Shown here piece after piece: positions 10,921 through 20,442 of a DNA stretch of 64,000 bases. The stretch lies in the IMG/VR virus record IMGVR_UViG_2681813455_000010, positions 1 to 64,000 of that record; one strand, given 5' to 3'. Source of the stretch: a virus (taxonomy: Duplodnaviria; Heunggongvirae; Uroviricota; Caudoviricetes). A program made the position numbers and the translations under genes. Below the pieces are notes generated by a model that saw nothing but the letters and a program-made list of their open reading frames with translations, made no database searches and was not told where the DNA came from. Each line of letters begins with the position of its first letter. Within the stretch, counting starts at the first letter, position 1.

Positions 10921-11052
10921 TATTTACTTTTCCTTTTCTTTTAAAGGAAAACACCCCGAAATATGCTTCTAACGTGATAAAGAACAATAACCAATACATA
11001 GCTACTATCATAATAATGTTTTCCTTTTATATTTTAATTACATAGAGAGATT

Positions 11053-11331
11053 TTAGAGAGTGGAATAGATGAAGTCTATTTCTTTATCCAGTCTTTTGAG
11101 ATTGAATGTAGAGAAAGATAATTCTTTAATCTCTATAACACCGAAATTTGATAGCTGTCTAAGCCAGAATTTTAAACCATCTTCAGAGCACCCTGCTCGA
11201 TGTAACACATCGCTATATTTTAGCGGTGTTGGCTTTCCTTTATAGAGGTAAGCAAGTGTTTCATAGATGCGTTTTCCTGTGTCATTACACTGAATTCTGT
11301 CTACTTGATTTTTTACTAAATATTGAATCAT
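11053..11331 (-). CDS. hypothetical small DNA-binding-like protein (92 aa)
   Basis: ORF in co-directional block; helix-turn-helix-like middle segment (guess). Confidence 0.35.
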   Translation of the reverse strand: MIQYLVKNQVDRIQCNDTGKRIYETLAYLYKGKPTPLKYSDVLHRAGCSEDGLKFWLRQLSNFGVIEIKELSFSTFNLKRLDKEIDFIYSTL

Positions 11332-11342
11332 AACCCTCCTTA

Positions 11343-12035
11343 TTAAAATGGAATATCAAAGTCTTCATATACTTTGGGATGTTTCTTAGCAAAATATGCC
11401 TCAATACCATTTGGTCGTTTTAGCCCGTATCTACAAGCTAGTGAATTTGCAAACTCAATAAATGATGCCCCTGCTGTTCTGGTATTCTTCTGCTGGCAGA
11501 TAAGAGAGGCAAAATTCTCTAACACATCCTCCTCATTATCATTAGCTACCTTTTCATTTGATGAAACAGGTGTTTCTTCCGTCTCCCACGGCAAAGGCGT
11601 ATCCCAATCATCATCAAGAACATCAAAAGAAGGCTGTTTATGGCCTTTAGGTTGTTCCTGTGCTTCTTCTGCCTCAGAAAGATCAGAGAGTGATGATTCT
11701 CCTGGGGGAGTAATATGTGCATCTGTGAGAGGGAGAGCATTGTAAATCAAAGATGAAATATACGGATCAGGATGTGGGGATGTTTCTAATAATCCCATCT
11801 CTTTAAGATCGTTTATCTTACGTTTAATTGTTGACGATGAAGACTTAAAAATCTTAGCTAATGTTTCGTGACTTTCATAACAATTAAGGTTGTTTTCCTG
11901 ATAACTAAGGAATCGAAAATAAAGCACAATATGTAATAGATCTAAATCTTTTCCTTGAGGGAATTTATCAGAATAAATCTTTGATACATTATCAAACGTG
12001 TCATAGTGTTTTGTAAAAGTTAGTTGATTAATCAT
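11343..12035 (-). CDS. hypothetical protein (230 aa) with N-terminal winged-helix-like segment and acidic linker; candidate replication or regulatory protein
   Basis: ATG start with AAGGAGA SD; ..ETLAKIFKSSSSTIKRKINDLKEMGLLE.. resembles wHTH. Confidence 0.45.
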   Translation of the reverse strand: MINQLTFTKHYDTFDNVSKIYSDKFPQGKDLDLLHIVLYFRFLSYQENNLNCYESHETLAKIFKSSSSTIKRKINDLKEMGLLETSPHPDPYISSLIYNALPLTDAHITPPGESSLSDLSEAEEAQEQPKGHKQPSFDVLDDDWDTPLPWETEETPVSSNEKVANDNEEDVLENFASLICQQKNTRTAGASFIEFANSLACRYGLKRPNGIEAYFAKKHPKVYEDFDIPF

Positions 12036-12086
12036 TAAAAATCTCCTTATAAATCACGCTTAATGCGCTACTAAAGTGAATGAGGA

Positions 12087-12254
12087 TCACTTACCCTTTT
12101 TTTGTTTGATGTTCTCTGCTGCTTCAGTAATGATTTCTAACATCAAATCACTGACCATAATTTGCCTTTTCTTGGCTTCAGCAAATAAAACCTTGAAGAT
12201 TTCAGGGTCAACGTGTAGGTAAGTGCGCGGAATTGGTTTCTTAGTTTCGCTCAT
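12087..12254 (-). CDS. small ribbon-helix-helix-like protein (55 aa)
   Basis: ATG 12254 with AGGAG SD; translation MSETKKPIPRTYLHVDPEIFKVLFAEAKKRQIMVSDLMLEIITEAAENIKQKKGK; below ORF-track cutoff, found by eye. Confidence 0.4.
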   Translation of the reverse strand: MSETKKPIPRTYLHVDPEIFKVLFAEAKKRQIMVSDLMLEIITEAAENIKQKKGK

Positions 12255-12273
12255 AGTTTTCTCCTTCTATTCT

Positions 12274-12462
12274 TTACTCTGTTTCAGATTCTTTTTCATT
12301 TTTTCTTAGTTCATCAATAATCTTGAGTGCTTCATTGAAGCAAGCTGCTCGTTCTGGATAACCTCGACTCCTTGCCATATTACGATTCATTACTACTTGA
12401 TGGCGTGTAAGCTCACCTTTTTTAAATGCCTGGATGACGTGCTCAGGTGTAAACCATTTCAT
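12274..12462 (-). CDS. hypothetical protein (62 aa)
   Basis: Short ORF adjacent to RHH gene. Confidence 0.3.
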   Translation of the reverse strand: MKWFTPEHVIQAFKKGELTRHQVVMNRNMARSRGYPERAACFNEALKIIDELRKNEKESETE

Positions 12463-13221
12463 AAAAAACTCCTTATTCAGTTAAAAGAAAAACACCTTGC
12501 AAGCCTGACGGCTTCAAAGTGCATTGATTTTGATTATTTAGAGAAGAATGTTTTTCTGTCCCTCTAATACCTATTATTACATATAAAGAAACATTTGTCA
12601 ATACCTTTTCACAAAAAATCTGATCTTTTTCATGCACTTACATTTTTTCTTAGCAATTCGTGCTCTTCTGTGTAGTGCTATTCTTCATTATTGTCTAAAA
12701 CGCTCTAAAACGCGTTCTAACGAGATTTTGATAAAAGCAATACATTCCCTTATGTAATGGCTGTTTAGCTCGCCAGAGGCTTATTTAAGGGGCTTATTTT
12801 GTATTTGTTAGGTATATGAAAAGGTAATGGTAGATATAAGATAGAGAGTCACTTTATAAAACGCTCTGTAAAGCCCTGTAGTGAGCTTATATATGTAGGC
12901 AATGCGTTTCCATTCCCTACCCTGCTTAATGCTGTTAGAGAAGCATTTAGACCCCTTATTTTTAATTAATTAAAGTATCCTCTATACATTCCTGTTATGA
13001 AACACCTCTGAATCCTTCATAAAACACATTATGACGCAAAGAACACTTTTCTAAGGTGATTCCCTTTCTGAACTCTGTTTCTTGCGTCAAAGAGCTACAC
13101 AGAGTTTATAAAGCTATTATTAATAATAAAGTAGATAAAGTAAGTAAGATAACTAAGATAGATAAGATTAATAAGATCAGAATTCTCTTTCGGTGTCGCC
13201 TCTGGCTTTTCCACCGAAAAC

Positions 13222-13384
13222 AATTACACGACTACAGAATGTAGGAAGTGGAATTGTATTGAGGCTTAGTGAAATTACACGAGGAAAGCAGAGTGTAATT
13301 GAGCTTTAGCCGCTCTCTCTTCGAGTAATTACACAACTACAGAGAATAACGAGAGTTATTAAGTGTAGGAGGGTAATTACGAGG
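13222..13384. repeat. cluster of 4-5 AATTACAC(G/A)A-containing repeats (two 17-bp near-identical copies at 13222-13238 and 13327-13343)
   Basis: Read directly: aattacacgactacaga / aattacacgagg / aattacacaactacaga / aattacgagg. Confidence 0.6.
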
Positions 13385-13620
13385 TAGAGAGATAGAGTTA
13401 ACACATAAGCAATCTATGATTGGTTAGGTGATTACTCTTCTGCGCACAGCGCAATAGTATTTCTTCGTGGGCGTTACCGCCAACGATAGTTACACGAAGA
13501 AAGTAACGCTTTGCTTTCGGTGTGAGCGGAACGGGCCAGCCAACGTAGCCCGAAAGGTAGCGGAGTAAGGCTGCTTGCCAGAGAGTGAAGCTAACGCCGG
13601 AAGGCAAAAGATCATATATA

Positions 13621-13821
13621 TATATAGATATAAAGAATATTATTATTATGATCTAATTAATAATCTAATATAGTTTTATTAATAGTCTTATTGTAGTTCA
13701 CAGTGACCTACCCCCTAGCTCACTATGACCTACCCCCTAGCTCATAGTGAACTACCCCCCTAGTTCACAGTGACCTACCCCCTAGGTCACAGTGACCTAT
13801 ATAGATATAAAGAATATTATT
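13621..13821. repeat. iteron array: ~4.5 tandem 22-bp repeats (TCACAGTGACCTACCCCCTAGC type, 13698-13800) bracketed by 24-bp AT-rich direct repeats (13621-13644 and 13798-13821); putative plasmid-type replication origin
   Basis: Tandem near-identical 22-mers read directly; flanking TATATAGATATAAAGAATATTATT duplicated; extra iteron copy near 13975-13990. Confidence 0.7.
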
Positions 13822-13872
13822 TAATTATTATTTAATTATTCTTATTAACTTATTCTTATCGGGTATCAGTTT

Positions 13873-13957
13873 TGATAGGGGTAGGGGTATCAATATTGAT
13901 AGGGGTATCATCGGTTTATTATTCTTTATAAACCCCTGTTAGACTTGATAGGGGTAA
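13873..13957. repeat. three to four TGATAGGGGTA repeats
   Basis: ttgataggggta recurring at ~13873, ~13896, ~13946. Confidence 0.55.
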
Positions 13958-14644
13958 CAGAATTCTGTGGGGGTAGCTCACAGTGACCTACCGTTACTAC
14001 CAACTTTCTTACAGAGAGCATTTCAGATAGCTGAATGTAACCTCTCGTTACATCCATTTGTCACATAGCACTCTGTGTAATGCCTTTCTATGTGTGTGCC
14101 ATAATCCCCCCTATATTCCCTGTGTAAATCATAGAATATCCCTAACTTATTCCTGTGTAATTCCATACTAAAAATTAAATGAAAAGTAGCTTAAAAGTGC
14201 AATTCTTACTTTCTTCACTTTTACATCACTTTCGCAAAGCCTTGTGTAGTGCGGCTTACAGAGCACTATCAGAAATTGTTGGCTAAAAAATGTTCTGCTT
14301 GTTTCTTAATGAGTTCTCTCGTTTGTGCAAATTTTAAAATTTATTTTGTTTTTACAGCCTTATTTCGTGTAATGCGTGGCATAGCAAGCCCTTTTCTTGT
14401 GTTGTCAAGACATTTGGCAACGTTCAAACATCTGTTTAGAAATGCCAAATTGTTGATCTAACAAATAAACCTGTATAAACAGAACACCATTTAATCTATC
14501 CCCCTGTGTATCCATTAGGCATACCAAATGAATACAGTTAAATCGTGTAATATTCCGTACCTATAAGGCTTGAAACAGACCAAATGAATACGGTATACTC
14601 ATTTGCATTGAAGTAGTGCCAAATCGATACATTAAGGGGCTTTT

Positions 14645-15184
14645 ATGAGCAATATCGGTTATAAGCGTGTGAGCACTGTAGATCAGAACACTGATCGCCA
14701 GCTTGCAGGAGTAACTCTCGATAAAGTCTTTGAAGATAAGCTGTCTGGTAAAGACACTAACCGTCCAGGCTTACAAGCGTGTTTAGCCTATCTGAGAGAA
14801 GGCGACACCTTACACGTGCACTCTCTCGACCGTTTAGGACGTAACACCTTAGACATCCTTGCTTTAGTTGAACAACTTAATAATCGAGGTGTGATTGTTC
14901 GATTTCACAAAGAAGGGATCATTGCAGACATTACAAGCGCGATGGGAAAAATGATGCTTACTATGTTGTCGGCAGTGGCAACGTGTGAACGTGAACTGAT
15001 GCTAGAACGTAAACGAGAAGCGCAAGCCGTCAATCCTACAAAGCGTGGTAAAGGTAAAGCAGTAGATAGAGAAGGTATAAAGAAAGCCCTTTCTGATGGC
15101 GTGTCAGTGCGTAAAACCGCCGAGATCTTTAATGTTGCTCCTTCAACGGTGCAACGTATCAAGAAGGAAGAAGAGGAGGCGTAA
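14645..15184 (+). CDS. serine recombinase (resolvase/invertase family)
   Basis: 179 aa; N-terminal YKRVSTVDQ motif with catalytic Ser, C-terminal HTH; ATG start. Confidence 0.8.
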   Translation: MSNIGYKRVSTVDQNTDRQLAGVTLDKVFEDKLSGKDTNRPGLQACLAYLREGDTLHVHSLDRLGRNTLDILALVEQLNNRGVIVRFHKEGIIADITSAMGKMMLTMLSAVATCERELMLERKREAQAVNPTKRGKGKAVDREGIKKALSDGVSVRKTAEIFNVAPSTVQRIKKEEEEA

Positions 15185-16376
15185 TGCCTCCTTGATATTT
15201 GGGGATTCTGGATTTTCCAGATCGGGGGGCGCTGAAAATCGCGTTAAGCACCTCTCGCAATCTAGCCATAAGGGAGGGGATATAGGTATTAAGATGTATT
15301 TATAGCTATTTATGGCTATTTATTTTTTATTTACCTTTATTTAAAAATAACCTTATAAATCAATAAGATACAGAACTATCTGTTTATATTTTAACCAATT
15401 AAATCAAGTTTAATACCCTTAAATAACCTGAAAATAGCCTTAAATACCCCAATAATTAATTTTAAGGCTTTCCGTGTTCTCTCCTGCATTATGAAAATGC
15501 AAAATAAGGCACAAAACAAGCTCACAGACGCATTAAACACACATCACCTATACATCCCTATACCAAGCAATGAAAACAGCGTTAGAATGCGTCCTGTTGC
15601 GCTCTGGAGATTTTCAGAAATCCTCTCTAAGCCATTTCAACTCACTAAGGAGTTTTCTTTCTTCGTTCTCTCGTTGCTTTCGCTCTAGCCAGGCTTTTCC
15701 TTCTGGCGTAGACAGGAACTTACGAGCGTGAATCTTGCGGTTATTCCGTTTGATAGCTGCAATGTTTTTCATCGTGTGCCTCTGTATTCATATGAAAATT
15801 AACAAGTTACATACTACACAGGGAGACTACGCATAAAACACAATACAAGTAAAGATACATTTTCAAGACAATAGGAGCCATAAAGCGCCTTTGATGGTTA
15901 TACCAAAAAATAAGCGCCGTAGGCGTATCCACTAAAAAGGGCTTTTTCACAAAAGCTATGAAGTCTTAGCAGTTCTTCTCTTATCAGGCACCCGTTGTAC
16001 TCCGGTGGACGAAACCGTGCTAGAGCTTGATTCTTTCCCGATCAAGTTAGGTTTTGAAGAGGTGGGCTTTAATCCACTATTGCACTTAAAACTCTTCCCA
16101 TCATTTAGCCTGTTTATCCTCTGCAACGTCTCACGACGTGTAGCATCATTGGACACCGCGCCAGGTGTGGAACATCTTGCTAAGAGTTTTGGTAGAAGGT
16201 TTAGAGACGGTGGCACGTCTTCCAGCTTCAAAGGAACTTGTTACGAGGTTGAGCCTGGGAACTACTCGCCCATACGTGTTACACTACCAAAGCCCATAAC
16301 AACGTATAGGCGTTTGTAAGTGATAACAGAAGATACAATTTCTTAGAGAAGTTAAGCTAAGTTATTGATTTTCTTG

Positions 16377-16396
16377 ATGGTGCCGATAATAGGAGT
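16377..16396. repeat. second copy of 20-bp direct repeat ATGGTGCCGATAATAGGAGT (att)
   Basis: Identical to 3810-3829. Confidence 0.65.
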
Positions 16397-16422
16397 CGAA
16401 CCTACGACCTTCGCATTACGAA
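16378..16422 (-). tRNA. tRNA-Thr (anticodon CGU, thrW-like) 3' 45-nt fragment (anticodon loop to CCA); not a complete gene
   Basis: Reverse complement TTCGTAATGCGAAGGTCGTAGGTTCGACTCCTATTATCGGCACCA has a T-arm (GTAGG/TTCGACT/CCTAT), acceptor 3' strand and CCA; sequence beyond 16422 cannot pair as acceptor/D-arm. Confidence 0.6.
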
Positions 16423-16761
16423 TTATAAGAATCCGTTTCTAATTCAAAGAATTACCCCATAAACACTGCGCTCACACGTCCCACCACATCAAAACATGTA
16501 AAGCCTTGCAAGCCATTGTGAGGCCTTATGTGTCTCAGTTTTGTCCCACCTTGTATTACGACTTGCATAGCCGATGAAGATAAACGCGACGACAAACGGC
16601 GCAGCAGTCTTCCTTTCTTTCACGACTTCCCCATCCCAAGCATGCATACCTTTCCGCCATAACTGTAGTGAATGTCTGTTATGAGCGAATTGAGGACGTA
16701 ACACTAGCAATTGCTGCTGGTTTGGAGCGTAGCAGAAAACCAGTTCGACAAAATTCGGTTG

Positions 16762-17802
16762 TTAGGCCTTTTTTAAGTACTCTCTCTGAATATTATTTGT
16801 AAGTTCAATTCTGTTAATCTCATTTGGGGTAAAAACCAAATTAACAAAACCCGCTTGTGCAGCGTGTAATTCCCCAGTATTTTCTATTTTCCCCTGCGAT
16901 TTTAACTCATATTCTAATGCATGGATGAGCTGTACCAATTTTTTACCCCTAGAAGTGAGTGGTGCCATAAAAGATGGCTGTCTATAACGATCATACCATT
17001 CAATCATGCATTCAGAAAAATCAATATCAGCTATATGTTGATGCACGATGAACTTTATATACTCAAACAAAAAATTTTGTTCTGAATCACCGACTCCGAT
17101 TCCAAAAGGTAAATTTTGATTATCCATTTCAATTTCTGCTATTCCTAATGCCATATCCATACCAAAATATAAAGATCGTCCGGCATTAGTTAGGCCAGTA
17201 CAGAAAAGATTGAAATATGAGACAGGAAATGAAGCATTGTTACTCTCAGTCTTAATCAAATAGTCTAGGATAGCTTCGACAGACATGATGTCTTGATCTA
17301 AAATCGCAAATCCTTCAAAGAGTTTTTTAGCACTGGTCAATTGCAAGACATTTGATTTGGGTATGGTAATACCCTTTGCATCAGTTGTCTTGGAAACTCT
17401 TAATGCATGGCGAACATCTTGCCAATAACTTAAATTTGTTTCTGGGTTGTGAATAATAATAAGCACAGGCAATGGAAATCTTTCCCAGTAAAATCGATGC
17501 TTCTCTTCCGGGTAGAAAATCCAATATCCATTACTTTCCTTAAAAAAGGACACCCCTGACTTTATTTGAACGGCTATTATCCTTCCTGTAGCAAAACCCT
17601 CGGGACTGACATACTCAATCTGACCATCAATTCCAACGTCAGCCATCGGAGTTTCACGCCAAATCTGGCCAATTTTGGCCATTGCTTCCGCTACAGCATT
17701 TACACCCAATCTTTCTTGAGAATTAGTCTGGTTATATTTTGGGAAATTCATATTTTTTCTCAATCGCATGACACTGGCAACATTTCCTTCAAAATCTGGC
17801 AC
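16762..17802 (-). CDS. DUF4365-like (restriction-endonuclease-fold) N-terminal domain protein with unknown C-terminal domain; candidate defence protein. Start uncertain (GTG 17802, ATG 17769 or 17751)
   Basis: N-terminus ..ERLGVNAVAEAMAKIGQIWRETPMADVGIDGQIEYV..IAVQIKSG.. matches recalled DUF4365 pattern with D...E.K-like residues; AT-rich. Confidence 0.45.
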   Translation of the reverse strand: MPDFEGNVASVMRLRKNMNFPKYNQTNSQERLGVNAVAEAMAKIGQIWRETPMADVGIDGQIEYVSPEGFATGRIIAVQIKSGVSFFKESNGYWIFYPEEKHRFYWERFPLPVLIIIHNPETNLSYWQDVRHALRVSKTTDAKGITIPKSNVLQLTSAKKLFEGFAILDQDIMSVEAILDYLIKTESNNASFPVSYFNLFCTGLTNAGRSLYFGMDMALGIAEIEMDNQNLPFGIGVGDSEQNFLFEYIKFIVHQHIADIDFSECMIEWYDRYRQPSFMAPLTSRGKKLVQLIHALEYELKSQGKIENTGELHAAQAGFVNLVFTPNEINRIELTNNIQREYLKKA

Positions 17803-18050
17803 GAAATTTCGCCAGAAATTTAAGTTTAGGTTTGTGGCCCATTGCTGACTTTCAATAGGTTTCTACTCAAACAAAGAAAACAATCCAAACAACCCGGTAC
17901 TGTCTATTTTTGAGTGTTCGAAAATCAACTCATAGTTATTGACTATTTATTTCTCCAGTGATTTTGTAACTTTTTTGGGGCACTGTAAAGTCACATCAGA
18001 CGAAGATTGTTCGTTTTTGGCATAGGGCTGCTGTTGCAACCCTGACAACC

Positions 18051-18341
18051 TTAGACTTCAACCGATTCAGAGATCTCTAACGCATCATCAACTTCAATGC
18101 CCAGATAACGGACTGTGCTTTCCAGTTTCTTATGGCCCAACAGAAGTTGGATCACCCAGAGATTCTTGGTTTTCTTGTAGATCAGGTAAGGTTTTGTTTT
18201 TCTCATGGAATGTGTGCTGTAAAGCGAATCTTCGAGACCAAGCTTTTCTACCCACCCATGAAAGATTCGGTTGTATTGCCGGGTTGATATGTGCCGATTA
18301 GTTCCGATCCGAGACCGGAACAAGAAGTCTTTACTATGCAA
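18051..18341 (-). pseudogene. C-terminal remnant (~96 aa) of a tyrosine recombinase/integrase
   Basis: ..HSMRKT..LLGHKKLESTVRYLG.. = conserved H-x-x-R / LLGH / Y catalytic box; no N-terminal domain upstream. Confidence 0.6.
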
Positions 18342-18376
18342 ATTAACAGGCTGTATACACAGCCTGTTAATTTATG

Positions 18377-19516
18377 CTAGAGCTTATAAAGCTCAGTTAA
18401 TCTAGCTTTTTCTTTGGCAAATTCTTCATCAAGGTTCGAGAAGTCTGGAAGTGTAACCATTAAATCCTTAAGTTGATGAATAACATTCCAGGCATCGTAA
18501 TGAATAAAGGGGTTTAAGCCAATAACGTTTCCCTCATCATTATTTTTAGATTTTCCTACACCACATAATTTGATGAATTTGTTGATTGCAGTTGTTTCAT
18601 TCCAGTCAGAAACAAAAAGAAGCAAGGCAGAAACAGCCAAAAGGGGATTGTTTTTTTTAACAGCGGATAAGCTCCTGATCTTTCTGAAAAGAAACTCGTG
18701 ATGTCTAGTTATTTTTTGTGCTATCCTTATCGTTGCTTCATATTTATCTTTAAGCAACCTTCTATCATAAACCTGATAACCTCGATCTCGTGCTACTAAT
18801 CGATATGCTTGTTTAGTAAATGTGGTGCTATTCACAAGATTATAGAAAATAGCATTATTCTTATTGGTCATATCGATCATCAATGATGGGTATTTGAATC
18901 TTAAAGAACGATAAACTTCATCGTTTATATCAAACCAAGATTTATTTTTTCTCTCTTCAGTGACAATATATGTATCTTCTCCTTTGCGGGAATACATGCT
19001 GGCTCTTACTAGATTGATCATGTGAGGGCTGTAGTTAACAGAAAAAGTGCCTGATTGGCGTAATTCAGTAAACCACCGTCGCATGTTTCTAATATCTTCC
19101 TGATTGAACTCTTCATGTTCAATACCTCTACATACAAGCTCTCGAATTATACTTGTAATCTCAGAGTCGGAAGTGCCTAATTTTATAAAACCATCCTTTG
19201 AAGAATCTATTTGTTTATCATCCCCATTGTAATGATCGCAAAATATTTTGTGCGCGTCTGTTCCGTCTTTTGTTCTAAACGAAAAATGAGATTGGCTAAC
19301 TATTTTATTTGTTGTTTTCGAATAACCTTCTGAAACAACAATTGCACCGCTTACATTACAAATTGGGCACTCTGCATCAAACGCAACAAATTCCTTGAAA
19401 TCACTAAAATTAAGTACGTTATTTGATAAATAAAGGTTTAGCAATTGAACTATGTCCAATTCCTTTTTGAATGTACGAGAATAGACCGTAATTGCCATTT
19501 GCACTCCCTTCGTCAT
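18377..19516 (-). CDS. hypothetical protein (373-379 aa); probable start ATG 19498 (AAGGGAG SD)
   Basis: Long AT-rich ORF with good SD; no recognisable family by eye. Confidence 0.5.
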   Translation of the reverse strand: MTKGVQMAITVYSRTFKKELDIVQLLNLYLSNNVLNFSDFKEFVAFDAECPICNVSGAIVVSEGYSKTTNKIVSQSHFSFRTKDGTDAHKIFCDHYNGDDKQIDSSKDGFIKLGTSDSEITSIIRELVCRGIEHEEFNQEDIRNMRRWFTELRQSGTFSVNYSPHMINLVRASMYSRKGEDTYIVTEERKNKSWFDINDEVYRSLRFKYPSLMIDMTNKNNAIFYNLVNSTTFTKQAYRLVARDRGYQVYDRRLLKDKYEATIRIAQKITRHHEFLFRKIRSLSAVKKNNPLLAVSALLLFVSDWNETTAINKFIKLCGVGKSKNNDEGNVIGLNPFIHYDAWNVIHQLKDLMVTLPDFSNLDEEFAKEKARLTELYKL

Positions 19517-20442
19517 AAATTCAGTTTGTATGAAATATTATCGCATAAAGATACTGATGAGCCAGTAATATAACTAGAAAATATTTTTTGTGGTTCAGCG
19601 ACCTAGACGTCTGCTACTGGCACAGAGCAGACCATCGGACTGAACTGAAGGTCCTCTCTGTGCGAGAAACGGAAGTTAGCAATTGTGATACAGACGTGGG
19701 GCATTACTCGCTTTACAGTGTGTTAATCAATTGGAAACAGGTCAGAATTTATTGGGTGGAATGACACCTTTAAACTTCTTGCGCATCGCAAGGAATATCT
19801 CCACCAGACGGTAAGACAGTAGATTGCGCCACAAGTCCTCAGAATGCCCTTTGCTGGGTTAACCACACGTCGTAATCATCCTTCCAGTGCAGCGGATCAA
19901 GATCGTAATGCTCATAGTCACGCGATTTCAAATACAAGCCCAGTGGTGTTATCCGTGAGCTGGACAGTGCTTCCGGCAACATGACTGAGACAGACAAAAA
20001 ATCAGTTAGTACAGCATTGACTCAGGTTGAGCAGGAGTTAAAACAAACTGGGCTGGAGCAGTAGAAGCCTGCAGTGAATTCCCTGAATCAGGCGATTAAG
20101 GTGGCTTAAGAGTCCGTGTATGCCATGTGCCGCGAGATGTCGTGCTATACGTGAAAGTCAGCGATATATATCGTTTTGAAGATGATTTAGGTTACGGGAG
20201 TGTCTCTGGGTGATGTATTACTTCATCGACATCGGCTACGCACGGGTTGCCGCGATGCAGCGGATGGAAGCTGTCTGGGAAAAGAAAGCTCCGCTTGCTA
20301 ATATTAGTACATCCGATGAAAAATCGTGTGTGAAAGTTGCAGATTAGTAATATACTAATGAAGAATGGAGATGTATTTTATATAATAAAAACATCTAAGT
20401 AGAGCTTTTTATTTTAAATCCTTCATTATTACTGGAGATTTT

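Larger units (their letters stand above)
3830..16376. mobile_element. AT-rich ~12.5-kb integrative element between the two tRNA-Thr-derived direct repeats (unclassified; phage-satellite/phage-plasmid-like)
   Basis: Bounded by identical 20-bp repeats; integrase next to left repeat; structural-like genes, iteron region and resolvase inside; visibly lower GC than flanking prophage. Confidence 0.6.

Noticed and set aside
13698-13800. CRISPR array
   Set aside because: The 22-bp repeats are contiguous with no unique spacers, there are no cas genes, and the architecture fits replication iterons.
14905-15162. 85-aa minus-strand ORF inside the resolvase gene
   Set aside because: Antisense overlap with a well-supported serine recombinase CDS.
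15614-15772. 52-aa minus-strand ORF beginning MKNIAA (same first six residues as lambda P)
   Set aside because: Too short, similarity limited to six residues, no supporting context; likely coincidence.
16378-16453. Possible complete tRNA-Thr gene at the att site
   Set aside because: Only the 3' 45 nt match a tRNA; the upstream 31 nt cannot form an acceptor stem or D-arm.
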